From assembly GCA_010405405.1 (NCBI GenBank), contig MU004232.1, positions 2,189,481-2,253,480 on the forward strand: a stretch of DNA of 64,000 nucleotides, read 5' to 3'. The position numbers and the translations under genes were made by a program. Source of the stretch: Microthyrium microscopicum (lineage: Eukaryota). Below, piece by piece: positions 50,064-62,389 of the stretch (positions are counted from its first letter, which is position 1; each line of letters begins with the position of its first letter). The notes beneath the pieces are model-generated. The model saw only the letters and a program-made list of their open reading frames with translations. It ran no database searches and was not told where the DNA came from.

Positions 50064-51410
50064 TTAATGCAATGAGTAAAACACCTTCCCTTGAAGCCAC
50101 TTGCCAAATTTTACAAGCGCGTTATCGACTTTGCAGAACAGTTCTCCAGCCCAAACAACAAAGGCAAAATATATTACATAGGTTGGATAACGGGCAAACC
50201 GAGAGTCGCCAAAATAAGCTGCACGGAACGGTTCAACGGTGATATACCAGAAGCTCCACATGAGGAGAACGTGCACAACGTATATGCCAAATGAAAGCTC
50301 TCCTAAGTATTGAGGAATGTCCCAAAGAAGTGGTGTTTGAAATGTAGGATAGCTGTCAAGGGTGAAAACAAGCAGGATAGAGCCTATGCTGAGCCAGAAA
50401 TGTTGCGCGAGGAATTCGGATTCTCTGCCTAGGTGCTCCGGAACGAGAGTTCGGAGGTACGGCCAGGGCCACATTGTGGTCGCGCTGTATTCGTCCGGCT
50501 GACTGAGAAGGAAGAGCGAGAAGATCAAGAGAGACCACCAGCCAACTCTTTCTGCCATTGACTTTTGTGCTGGACCTTCGGTGGTTGATGGTGGTAATTG
50601 TTCGGAGGCCCATGAACTTCGTGATAGACTTATATCGGCGACAAGGACCCCTCCTAGGAAAAGAGCAATGTAGATCGAAGACCACACATAGCACATGTAG
50701 ATAAGGCCCGCGCAAAGCATCATTCTGTACTTGGTCACCATCCTGCAAGTAGCCAGACAAAAGGCGTATATCACAACGCTGCCCCTGAACTCTAGTGGTA
50801 TGGTCCATAACGGATCGAGGTATCCAGTATTGTAGTCGCCATTTCCAGGAATCTTATACCCTCGTGGACCAACAAACGGATTGCTAAACCTTACACAATC
50901 TCTCATCCAATCGAATATTTGTGTATGAAGATAATCGAATCGGTGAAGGTATCCAAGCCTGCCCATTCTAACCAGTATCAAAGCCAGGAAAGTCGCGAAG
51001 AAACACGAAAGATAGAGGCGCATCCACCGTCGAAACATGGAAGACGCGAAAGTGTCCAAAAGCCCTGGTGAATCCCTTGCGCGCATCTTTTTGAGAAGGC
51101 TGTAGCTTAGCGCGTAGCCAGAAATGACGAAGAACACATTAACACTGCTTTTGCCTAAAGTCCATAGATTTATAAAGGGGAGTTCCGTTATAGGGTATAT
51201 ATGATGGTGGTTGACGACGATTACAGCTGCGACTCCTCGTAGAGCATCGAGGTAAGCAGTGCTTCGTAGCTTCTCAGTTCGTCGTAGTCCACCACGTCGC
51301 ACGAATCTTGGAACGAAGGAGAGTACAACCTTTCTGGCATTGAAGGTTGGAAGGTCCGGAACCCATTTCTCGCTCGAGGAATCGGGTACGCTGGGAAGAT
51401 AACCACTCAT
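50064..51410 (-). CDS. Acyltransferase family 3 (OafA-like) membrane protein
   Basis: YLDALRGVAA, VFFVISGY, FRRWMRLY, LWTIPLEFRGS and YLGELSFGIYVVH. Multiple TM helices; intronless. Confidence 0.93.
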   Translation of the reverse strand: MSGYLPSVPDSSSEKWVPDLPTFNARKVVLSFVPRFVRRGGLRRTEKLRSTAYLDALRGVAAVIVVNHHHIYPITELPFINLWTLGKSSVNVFFVISGYALSYSLLKKMRARDSPGLLDTFASSMFRRWMRLYLSCFFATFLALILVRMGRLGYLHRFDYLHTQIFDWMRDCVRFSNPFVGPRGYKIPGNGDYNTGYLDPLWTIPLEFRGSVVIYAFCLATCRMVTKYRMMLCAGLIYMCYVWSSIYIALFLGGVLVADISLSRSSWASEQLPPSTTEGPAQKSMAERVGWWSLLIFSLFLLSQPDEYSATTMWPWPYLRTLVPEHLGRESEFLAQHFWLSIGSILLVFTLDSYPTFQTPLLWDIPQYLGELSFGIYVVHVLLMWSFWYITVEPFRAAYFGDSRFARYPTYVIYFAFVVWAGELFCKVDNALVKFGKWLQGKVFYSLH

Positions 51411-52141
51411 GACGGGTATTGACAGCGTTGGAGGTACACGGTAGTACTGATTCTGGAGACTAAGGACGACTGGGATTCGGAGGCGAGTAACACTTCATAG
51501 GCCTTTCGTAAAGCGAACAAACGCGTAAAAGAATGAATTAAGAAATGAATTGCATGTTTAAGGACACAGTAGTGGGATGGGAATAGTAGAGGAGTTTAAA
51601 GAACGAAATGTCGCTCAGCCACATTCCTTGGATATGCCTTTTGGAGACATAGATAGGGGTTCTCATTCTCGCTTACCGTTTACGCGATTGAATACCAGCT
51701 TGGACGCTGTAGCGTGATTCTTTATAGCGAATATTGCCACTAAACAATAGTGCGTCGCTCGCTGAAAGTTTAAAACCAAGTGGGATCTCTGAAAAGAAAC
51801 ATGCTAGAGCATCCAGAGTCCAGACTGAGCGAATGAAAATGGTGCAAGGAGGGAGAACAGAAGCGGCTTGTACCGATAGGGGCTAAAAATATATCCATCC
51901 AGTAAACACGACCCCTGAAACTGACCCAAAGAATCTCAGCGGCACAGCTATGCGCTAGCCCCATCAAGAAGCCTCTGCCGCTGAGCCTCGCCTCTGAATT
52001 ACAAGCCAGAAAGCAAGTACAGCATATTGCAAAGCACCGGCAGGTACTGGACATTACAGCAAATATTGCTGATGATAAGACGCATCACTCTAGCTGTGCA
52101 TTTCCAACTTCCAACTTTCCCTGCATGATTCTTTCCACGCT

Positions 52142-52990
52142 TCAGTGTTCTGATCGTTGATCCGCAAGTTCTGCTGGCGATGATGGCTGGCCTAGCTGGT
52201 AACTCTCATGATCATTTGGAGCTTCATAGATAGGATCGACATATTTGAAGGCCGACAATCCAGGATTGCCCGGTTGATTATCAAGCCAAGCTTCCTCGGT
52301 GCCCATGTTCTTCATCGACTTTTTCCGAAGCATCCAAAATACGATGCCAGTGACAATACAGAGCAACATGACAAATGGTATTCCGATGCCTAGTCCAATA
52401 CCAAGGCCCAGTCTCGTTGAGACATCAAGGCCAGCGTTGACTGGTTTAGAAGTCGGCATCATTGTCGTGGACGAGGTTGAGGATGAAGTCGACACTAACG
52501 ATGAGGAGATTGTGGATTGGGTAACTTCTGAGGCGTTGCGCGTAATATTAAAGTAAGGAGATGTATAACCGTTGGTAGTGGAGAAATTGAGCCAAAGTTT
52601 GAAGACAGGTGAGTCCTCCAATGGTAAATCATAGTGGTCTACAATCCAGTTCATGCTATGATTGACTCCTGGTTCGAAATCGGTAATCACTAGATAATGA
52701 GGTTAGGTAAAGCTTGGTTATACACATGAGCTGGACTGACTGAGCACTGGAGTCTCAGCTGGGGTAGCTCTAGGAGCTGTTAGATTCTGTTGCCATAGCG
52801 TGATGTTGTATGTTGTCAAGGATGTATTCCATTGTATATTCTGTGTAGAACCAAGAAGCCAAACCTCGTTATGGGTATAGCCGCCTTCCCAGCCGCCACC
52901 GATATAGTACGGATTTTGAAATGAGACATAGGATGATTGCTGATACGTGACGGCTGGTAGTAAAGAGAGAGAAAGCAGAACAGGGAGCAT
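52142..52990 (-). CDS. Type I single-pass membrane protein (Mid2-like architecture)
   Basis: Signal peptide, beta-rich ectodomain (NIQWNT...SPYFNIT), Ser/Thr stalk and TM LGLGIGLGIGIPFV. Intron 52740-52690. Confidence 0.8.
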
Positions 52991-53523
52991 AAGGGGAACG
53001 ACGGTGAATTGAAGCAAGGGCACAAGAGGAGAACAGCAGCAAGATCGCAAAGTAGTGAAAGTGGCTAGTTAAAAAGTATAGAAAACTCATCGACATCATA
53101 TTGGCATGTTTAGCGAATCCAGACACTCAACGTTACTGCGCCGCGATAAAAAAGCGCGGTTAGAACCACATCAGGATTGGCAGAGAAATCGCGGCACAGC
53201 AAACATGATTTAAGCTAACCGTCGTCCGAAACCAAAGGCGTTATTAGATCTTCCTCCTTGATATACCAATTTCAAAAACTTGAAATGCTATATAATGAAT
53301 TGAAAGATGTAGCATCTATTCTGTGCTGTGAGTTGCTCTCTCTCCATAAACGTATAACGTAGATGAAGCAAGGAAGTCAACGGGGAGTGTGCCGTACAAG
53401 GAACTACATGTATCGTTACTTTCTATCCATATATTAATCAGGCTAGAAGCTTTCTATGCAACAGCCCGTGTAGATACTAAGTTGTCGTTAAACGCCGCTC
53501 AAAGCGCATCACATTTCAGATGT

Positions 53524-54076
53524 TCACCGACAGGAAGTACCACCATGTACAAACTGGCCATTCGAATTCTCACACCCACAAGTACCGTCCTTTGGATCTC
53601 GAATACATCCAGTCCCTACACCCGCCTGCTTCCCATTTTGACTACCGAACTCATTAGCTACGCCCACCAGTAGACATCAGCTGTGCTTCACATACCTCCA
53701 AAAGAACGTCCACGAATCTTTATCGTCAACTAGATCGGAATCTCTAGGTGCAGCACACGTATACGCCTCACAAGTACCGTACGGGGCTCCATGGGACTTG
53801 TCATACTTATGATCGACGTGAAAGATGGCGAATGTCTGCTTTCCGGAGACACGGGTGTTGTAAGAACATTCGGCTGCTTGAATCGCTTTGCTGACTTTGC
53901 TTGCTATCGAAACACATATCAGTCAATATAACAGCGTAAAAATTGACGTAGGACATCGTACGAGAACATCCGGGATTCTTAGGGTATTTTCCTTTTGTGT
54001 TGGTTTGGCATGGTGCCAGTGTCCCATTGACTGCTAGAGCAGCCAGGAGGAAAATGAAACAGTAGAAGTTCAACAT
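53524..54076 (-). CDS. Small secreted cysteine-rich protein (about 146 aa)
   Basis: Exons 54076-53962, 53903-53696 and 53641-53524 join in frame. Signal peptide; ...AECSYNTR...GAPYGTCEAYTC...WTFFW...GCIRDPKDGTCGCENSNG...C. Confidence 0.85.
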
Positions 54077-55212
54077 TTCTACGTTTTTGAACCAGCTTCA
54101 TGAACAGCGCTGCTTGTAAGACGTTGTCTTTAAGAGTATACATAAGTAGAGTACCTTGTAGAATAGCAAATTTCCGCTCGATAATTGGGTTTTGGGATGT
54201 TCAAGATTTGCCCAATCTATTCAAGACAATGACATCTCAGACCCACCCGAGAATAGCACCGAGAACAGATCTCAATCATTGAATCGTTACAATGTTTTTG
54301 ACGTAGATTTTACCAGCAGGTTATAAAGAATTCGTAAGTCAGCCACTATCAAAATATGGCCGCCGGATGAAGTTGTGACGATGAACATGAAAATGATGTC
54401 TACCATCACATTCGATGGGCAAGAATGCACTCGATGGGAGCACGGCGAAATTCTGACCGAAAACTGACATGCTCGAAAATATGAAAGTGTTCCAAAGCAT
54501 GAGGAGGTCATTCTTGAAAGTGAGCCAACCTCGAGCCAGTAGATGGACAGAATACCTTGATATGTAGCATTATTCCATGAAGGTCGATGAGCAAGAATGT
54601 ACTTGAAAAGTGTCGTAGTGGATGGTACATCATCACGAAGAAGCTCTAGAGTCCGCTTGATTTGTGAAAGTTCAGGCTCAACCGCGTCGAGATCTGCTCG
54701 TGAATCCCGAACAGAGCGTATGAACTTGTAGATTATTTGAGACGTGGATGCACTAAGCTCTATGGCAGTAATAGATCAGAGTCGACGGGAGAAGGAGCTA
54801 TTTCGATTGTCAGTCGACAGTCCGGGAAATAGTCGTGATTGGAATTCTCGCAGAAAGTCAGAATCAGTAGCATTCTCCCATCAAGTGCGTTGGCTACCAC
54901 CGCACTTGCTAACCAAAAGTTGCTTAATCTCCAATCGCACTGCATTAAATAAGCACCCGTTCACGCACTCGATGGAGAAGATCGCATTCCATAAGGAACA
55001 TAGCAACTGGCCGATATCCAAGTCGCTGGAAGAAATCAATGTGTGCAGTGTAGATATTTTTAATCTAGAATGTCAAGATAGATACAAGAAAGGAGTATGC
55101 CCAACATCCAACATTACAAGTCTGAAATCATATCATGTATAACCCACCCCTGAGACCTCTACCGATGATCCTTCTCATGCCTAAACTCCATGCATCCAAA
55201 GCATATATACGT

Positions 55213-56998
55213 CTAAAGCAAAGCGAATAGACCAGCCGCTGCCATAGCAGCACCAATGACACCGCCACTGATTCCATAAGCCGATGAAGCTGCACCCTTT
55301 TTGCCCGAACTGCTGCTGGATCCGCCACTTTGCGAGGTGTTACTGCTAGTGGTTGCGCCGCTGGGTAGGTTAGACCCGGTCTGCTTGTTGAGCGCCAATC
55401 CTGTTATGGCAGTGCCGCTGCTGGAAAGAACTTTTTGCGTGACGCTTGTGGAAGTCACGTCAACGAGCTTGCCCTGTTGAGGCTTGCTGATGCCGTTGGC
55501 GATCAATGCGTCGGTGCCGGCTGGCGCAGTAGGCAATACCCAGGAGGTATTAAATCCTTGTTGGGTAATAAGGCTGGCATCGCACTTGACTGGTGCAGGA
55601 TTTGTGCTTGGAAGGGTAGTTACGAGGTTTTTGTCGATCTTGTTGTACTGTCCCTGGAGGTTGTCAAAGTCTTTGAGGAGTTGAACTGAGCCATCAGAAT
55701 TGATGGTCACGAGGCCGTAGTTAGAAGTCTCCTGACTGTACTCGTATACGAGTCCACCATTGAAGTCAGTCATGTTTGGACCGTATAGCGCTTGTACTTC
55801 ATTAAAGACGCGAGGTACACCGGCGGGTAAGTTGCAACCGTATTCAGAAAAGAAGACAGGTACGCTGGTAGATTGGAAATCCGAAACGAGGGTGTTGTAG
55901 CCAGCACTCTGGAAGGTGGCCGCTGCGCCACACCAGGAGTAAGAATTGAGACCGAACAGTTCACCGCGGGTGATGTCGTTGGCATCTCCGTTGATCGCGC
56001 AGGTCAGGTAGTTCCAGGTGTCCGTGAGGACTTCGCGCACATCAGCGGCGGAGTAGCCAACGGGAATGTGACGCGTAGACTGTTTGGCGATGTACTGCCT
56101 TAGATCACGTTGAATGGCCTGTTAAGCACTTGTTAGGCCAAAGCAGAGTCACTGGGAAGATACCGACTCACCCGGATATAAGGAGGATTGGATCCGGCAG
56201 TTGGAATGTCGTTGATGACTTCGTTTCCAGCGAAGAAAGCGAGAGTATTTGGATAACCTTTGAAGTTTTCAACTAGAATTTGTCAGCGTACGATCATTTC
56301 CATCAAATAATGTGGTAGCAAAGCCGTTGCTGGACAATTGGTGATCTGCTGGAACGCCGTTCGATCTTGCCATGATCACAATCCAGCAGATTATCCAAGG
56401 TTTCCGATGAGATTTGCACGCTTGGGGAACTCACCTTGGCCGAAAATGTAGGTGAGATATGCACTGTTATAAGACGAGGCAGGATCGGCACGATTCAGAC
56501 TCATGAAAGGAGAGTTGACGTCGACGATAACGTAAATGCCTGCTGCATTGAAGATACTCATGCAGGCATCGTGGTTGGTTTGAGGGTTGACGTTGTAGAC
56601 GCGAATGGTGTTGACCTAGAAATATTAGTATCAGAATTAGAAGGGAGTCTTATTGCATACGCCTAATTGCTGCATAATAACAGCATCGCGCAAGCACACA
56701 GAACTGTCACTGAGTACATCTTTGCCAGTGCTGGGATCAAAACTAGCTTGACCGCCGGGTTGGTAGCTGTTGTAAATTAGCCCTATTCGATGAACAACAT
56801 GAAGAGCAAGCATACTCGACGCCGATGATCTGTAGACGCTTGTTGGTGGCAGTATCGACGAAAGCTATTCCTTTGGTATCTGCGGTATCGACGGCGGAGA
56901 CGAGGACGCTAAGAACGGCTGCCACAAAGGCTCGTGTCTTGATTGTAGATTAGCGAGGAAACATGTTTCACAGAGATCGGGGACCTTACAACGAGCAT
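55213..56998 (-). CDS. GPI-anchored 1,3-beta-glucanosyltransferase, GH72 (Gel2-like, no X8 domain)
   Basis: GVDYQPGG, LGVNTIRVYN, FFAGNEV, FFSEYGCN, GGLVYEY, then a Ser-rich tail and hydrophobic GPI signal. Several introns. Confidence 0.95.
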
Positions 56999-58390
56999 GG
57001 TGGCGCGGCTTGAGGATTGAACGTCAGGCGTATAGAATATGAGCTAGAAGTAACACAATTCGGCAAAATGTGGATTCTAATAAGTGGATCGAATGGGTTG
57101 TACAAGTCGCGGGATTGGACTCTGGAGAAGGTAACACAACGGGCTTCAAGCGACAGCAAAGCGAGCGAGCGAGCGAGCAAATGATGAGGCGCGGAGAACG
57201 ACCGACAAATGGTAAACAAAGATGCAAGGCAATTGAAAGCAAACAGAGGTTGAATATGAAAGAACAAGTGGTAGAGGGGAAGGATGCAGGATGGGAGATG
57301 GAATGTATGAACGGTAGGGGTTCTCGGGGGTTTGGTGTTGACTTTCTGGGGTTGCAAGGATGATGCACTGTTCGCTCACTGGTCCCAGTCTCAACAACCT
57401 AAATCTACCAAAGAGGGCGAATCGGAACGACTGATCCTAGATTTTAGTAATTGTTTCCAAAAAAGTGTAGAGAGAGTTGCGAAATATGAAGATGGAGAAA
57501 GAAAATACCAAAGAAAAAGTCGAGTTTTTTTCTCATTATACCTTTTCTGGTTATCGGGCGGGGATCCGGCTTCGAGACTAGAGCAGAGTAGTGGTCCACA
57601 TCGAAAAGGACTCTCTGCGAATTCAATCATTTCTATTTGATTGATGCATGCATCTTCTTAGATACACCTGCATAGACTACTGCGATCCCCATAACATACC
57701 AGGTACAGCTGCTGGACAAGAAACGGCACTTCCCTATCTGCCTCGCTGGCTCATATTTGCCACGCCTTCTTACCTACTAGTAGCAATATATTTCCCACTG
57801 AGACTTGTCAAGAACAACAAAAAGGTTGGCAAAATGTTAATGTTCATGCCTGCCTCAAATGTTGATTATTTGCACATGAGGTTGTCAACTCGCACGGTCA
57901 TTGCACCAGGAGTTGCTCACGCTGGGTCAGGCATGTTTTAGTTCTTGCACTATCCCCAATGAGATGTTCGTACAGTAAGTCTATATGACATTTGATGCTG
58001 TTGTTCCTGCAGTATTCAAAGCATCAGACAAGGCTGAGGATGGTTGAAAAGGGGCGAGGCTGAAAAGAGCAGGGTTGCAGACGCACCACACGCCAAATCC
58101 CTGTGCCACGCGACACAGGCAGGCAGCTTGACTCTTCCACTTTGAACTCTCAACTCTTCCAACATCTTCCACAACCTTCATCTCAACTACAACTTCTCCG
58201 TACCTGCTACCCTCTATCATATTCTTTGACGCTGTCTCATTCCGGTCAATTGTAAGTCTTCCAACAGCTTCTGTCAAAAGCCAACCGACTCATAACCCCG
58301 CAGCAAAAGTTCTATACACTCCACTCATCCCGTCCTCCAAGCTGAAGCTTCAACTCCACAAAATCCTTCCTTACTCCGATTATTGTCGAA

Positions 58391-60115
58391 ATGGCCTCCG
58401 CTGCACTTCACACTATCACAAACAAACTTGCTCATCCTACCAAGAGCTCATCTGAAGTCAAGAGCAAGAAGAAGAAGGGCGCCGCGAAGGCTCTTGAACC
58501 TGCTGCCACCAACAGCAAAGACTCAAGCGCCTTAAACAGTCCCCGCAATGGCGCTGTCGATGACCTTGGAGAAGGAGAGAATGCTCATGTGCGCGAAACT
58601 CTCAAGTACGTTCATATTACATTGCGCTTCAGAAATTATTGCTAGGAAGATGACTGACTAGCCGCAGACAAATCCGCAACATCAACAAAAAACTGGTAAG
58701 TCTTTTTGAGATCCCTATTCACTATTCTTCTTCTTCCTAGGAAATCCATGTGTCAATTGCAAGCTGGCAGTTGTTGGCGTACTGCCATGCTGTTGTCCAT
58801 GCTTATCCCCAGTCCCATTGCAAATACTTGTTCTCACCTAGTTATGATTCTAACTTTTCAGAATGCCATGACCAAACTTGATGCGATTATTGCCGAAAAT
58901 CCCGGCATCTCCCTTGATGAACTTGTGGCTACCCGCAAGATCAACAACGACCAAAAGGCTCAGGCTACTAAAAAGCCTCACCTCCAGGCACAAGTAAGCT
59001 CGCTCGAGGCGCAGCTTACAGTATACCGCGAGTTGGAAGAGGCATACGAGAAGAAGTCATCTAAGGACAAGGCATCTCTTCTTGCTGCTCATGCGGACGA
59101 AATCGAGAAAGTGCGCATGGAAACTGAGTTGAAGGCTAAGAGCGATCTTCAGCAACAGCTTCGGACCCAACTTCTTACATTTTCCCAATTCCTAGCTGCT
59201 GCTGCCAACCGACGAAACACAGGAGAGGATGATAGTGAGGAAGGAAAGGCATTCGAGGGCGCGTTGTTACTTGTCTACGGAGGCGACCTTAATGCGGTCG
59301 AGGCTGCCGAGAAAATCATCGCTGGCTCAGAAGACAAGGTACTAGGCGTCGACGGAAGCCCCGTCAACTGCACCTGTAAGAATCTCATCCTTTCAAATTA
59401 TCACAATGACTAATCCACTTCAGACGCGCGCATTAAAGCGCTATCCCTCATCGATATGCCACCTCTTGAGTACGAAGACACAACCACCGCTCAAGCTCCT
59501 ACTTCCGACCCTACCATCACTCATGCTGGCCTGACTGAACTCAATGATCTTACCACCGCCGAAATCACCAATGGCGCCTCCAACTCATCTCACCACACCA
59601 GTTCTGCTCCTGCTAATGCCGGAATTGACTCTGGCGCATCCAACGCTGCAGCAGACGCCCAATGGGACCCATCCCGCCCTGGTGCGCAAGAAGACCCTAT
59701 GGCCGAAAGCTATGAAATAGTTCCCCGCAACCCATCCGAAGTCGACAACCCAACTCCAATTCAAGGCATTTCCGCACAGCAAAGCTGGAGCGACGAAGTG
59801 ACCGCCGCCGCCGTGGATAACACATGGGGCGAAAACCAGCCCATTGGCGATGATAGTGCATGGACACCTGCACGCGCTACTCAGGGCAACAACACCTGGC
59901 CTGACAGCCCACCACGCGATGCGGTTCCAACCAACGGCGACGATGGCTTCCAAGAGGTACGACAGCATCGCGGTGGCCGAGCGAACAATGACCGTGGTGA
60001 TCGTGGTGGACGAGGACGCGGAGGCCGAGGCCGTGGCTTCAGAGGAGGTGATCGAGGTGGACGAGGACGTGGAGGACCTCGCGGAGGTCGTGGCCGAGGA
60101 GAGTCTTCCACCTAG
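58391..60115 (+). CDS. Conserved fungal coiled-coil protein with RGG-box tail (caprin-like)
   Basis: IRNINKKL..SLDELV...KINNDQKAQ, FEGALLLVYGGD, DDGFQEV and RGG repeats. Introns 58606-58667, 58696-58861 and 59376-59423. Confidence 0.8.
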
Positions 60116-60477
60116 GATGTGGAAGTTTTCTAAGCGCCAGAAAGACACGGAATGGAAAGAAGGAATACAGACCAAACAAATGCGTCTCACGACTCAACGC
60201 TGGCTGTTCTTTGTTTGAAGCATAATTATAGTACAGCATGCATTGCGAGCGTGGCTTTTTTTGCACTGCTTATCGAGTCTGTCTTACTACAGTTCTCGAT
60301 TTGGGATCCGCAACAGGTATCTCGATGTGTAGGCTAATATACTGTGGCAAAAAGAAATGAAAATGAATAATCTTGGCTTGCTCTGCTTGCTCGGATTTGA
60401 TGGCCTTTGTACTATATACAGGCAAATCCAACTATGTCTTCTGCTGTATGGATATCTTCCGGTGTTTTCGTGGCTCA

Positions 60478-60978
60478 TTAATCGTTCCAGACGCTTTCTT
60501 TTAGTCGTTCTTCCTCCTTCTTCCGTGCACGCTCTTCTTCTCGCCGCTTCTTCTCAGCTTCCAGCTGTGCCTTTTGAAAGCGTCGTTGATCGTCTGTTGG
60601 TCGCATGCGTATACCCAACGACGCAGCGATCATACGGTTCGCTACAGCGGTCGTTTTCTCCGGCCGTTTCTCGCTGCTTGATCCGCGTAGTTGTGGTGCT
60701 GGTGATGAGAGATATGGTGCGTCGAATGCCGGTTCTGAAGTCGTTGGGGCTTTGGTATCCTTGTCATCCTCTTCGGCCTCATATTCTGGCCCAGATTCGT
60801 CTTCTTTTGATATAGGCTTGGTGGCTTCCACTGGATCATCGTCGGAGTTCACATCGTCTTCCCAGGAATCTGCGACTTCTTTTACTTTTTTCTTTGGGGC
60901 TGGTTTCTTGGTAGGGGTGTCTGATATTGATAGCTTGGCCATGTCCAGATTTGTCGGGTCCTTTGACGTTGAGGTCAT
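60478..60978 (-). CDS. Small conserved hypothetical protein
   Basis: VADSWED, RPEKTTAVANRMIAASLGIR and a charged coiled tail ending VWND. Confidence 0.8.
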   Translation of the reverse strand: MTSTSKDPTNLDMAKLSISDTPTKKPAPKKKVKEVADSWEDDVNSDDDPVEATKPISKEDESGPEYEAEEDDKDTKAPTTSEPAFDAPYLSSPAPQLRGSSSEKRPEKTTAVANRMIAASLGIRMRPTDDQRRFQKAQLEAEKKRREEERARKKEEERLKESVWND

Positions 60979-61369
60979 GGTTTATGATCTAATGCTGATT
61001 TTAGAATCCTGCTCTGGCAGTGATGATGGATGCGGAATATGCACAAAGCTAATGGATGCTATATCTGGCTGTCTGTTAGGTAGTATTTGAGGAGTTTGAG
61101 GCGAGGCATGGGGAAGGAGTGATATTGAATGGACTACGCTAAGCTGCTTTGGGCTTGACAAATAACTACCAGTCTCGACTCTTAGGCTCGACAAGTTCCT
61201 TCCCTCAACCTCCATTTTGTTTTCGAGCTGCTTCTTTGCCATGGGCAGTACTCAGTCGCGCGCGTATCCTGATGATATACCATAGCTATGGGCCATGGCG
61301 TTCTTTTCAGAACGCCTGGTGGCTGTACAAGGCCCCATCGCCATCACAAGACAATAGGTAACAGCAAAT

Positions 61370-62389
61370 CTAACAGCCCGTATTCCCTGACAGGTGAATC
61401 ATATAGTTTCGGTGCTCAGTGGGGTCGTTCAAGTGGTTAGTTATGTTACCAGGCTTTCCATCTATTCCCAGGTCAGACTCTTGCTCAGCAAGCATGACAA
61501 TGTCGCTCTGAGCTGGCGACAGATCTTCCTTTGTGATGTAATACTCGGGCCCAAAATGCCTCCAGACAGAATTGTAAGAACTCTTGTGGGGTATTTGAGG
61601 CACTTCGTCCTTGTGGTGTGTAACGCGGTATATTTTTGAAATCTTGGGACCATTGGCGGTATACCAGTCAGCCCAAGCTTGATTGCCTAGTCGAGGAGAG
61701 GCATAAGAAAGCTGCGAAACGAGTCAGATAGTTGAAGCATTAGTTTGAGATGTTGACATACCAGTGTCACTGGACTACTTGTAAAGTTGCCTTGAATGTC
61801 GACTGCAGCAAAAGTGGCCACGCCTGCACCCAGACTATGTCCAAGCACAAGAATCGGAGAATTTGCGTGGCCAACAAGTGCTTGCTTGATGGTTGCGATG
61901 ATACCTGTACTCACGACTTCCCAGTCATTCAAGAATGCTCCCATGACTTGGCAGCCGGAACACCAGAAGTCGACGGGTGTTTGAAAGACATTGAAGTCAT
62001 CCAGAAACTGTTTTCCTGATTTTGACCCTTGAAAGGCAACGACGATGTTGTTTCCTGATCTTGCAACGTAGCCGACAGCACCACTGTTGCTGAAGGTACC
62101 AAGGATCGTTGCGCCAGAGGCCTAGAAGGTATCAGAGGGACTTTCAAGATTCTCACAGGTATAGTGAATCGTCGAAACCTACCTGAGGACAAATATCGGA
62201 ACCAGTTCCTGTGCAAGTGACGGATTTGGATCCAGCTTTGGTATTGCTATCACAATATGCCGCAGCTGCAAAGTTGGCACCTTGAAGTAGACTATTGAAG
62301 TCTGCTGAGGATATAGCAGTTGAGGTTGATAACGGAGAGCCGACAGCGCTCTTGATTGAGCATAAGAGATAAAGTAGAGGAAGCTTCAT
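61370..62389 (-). CDS. Secreted lipase, class 3
   Basis: Signal peptide, AAAYC, VVAFQGS, LGHSLGAG, SPRLGN, RVTHHKDEVP, HFGPEY and a C-terminal His (EHRNY). Two introns. Confidence 0.93.

Noticed and set aside
56986..57640. Overlapping ORFs and (GCGA)n tract upstream of GH72
   Set aside because: Low-complexity leader/promoter sequence with no coding signature.
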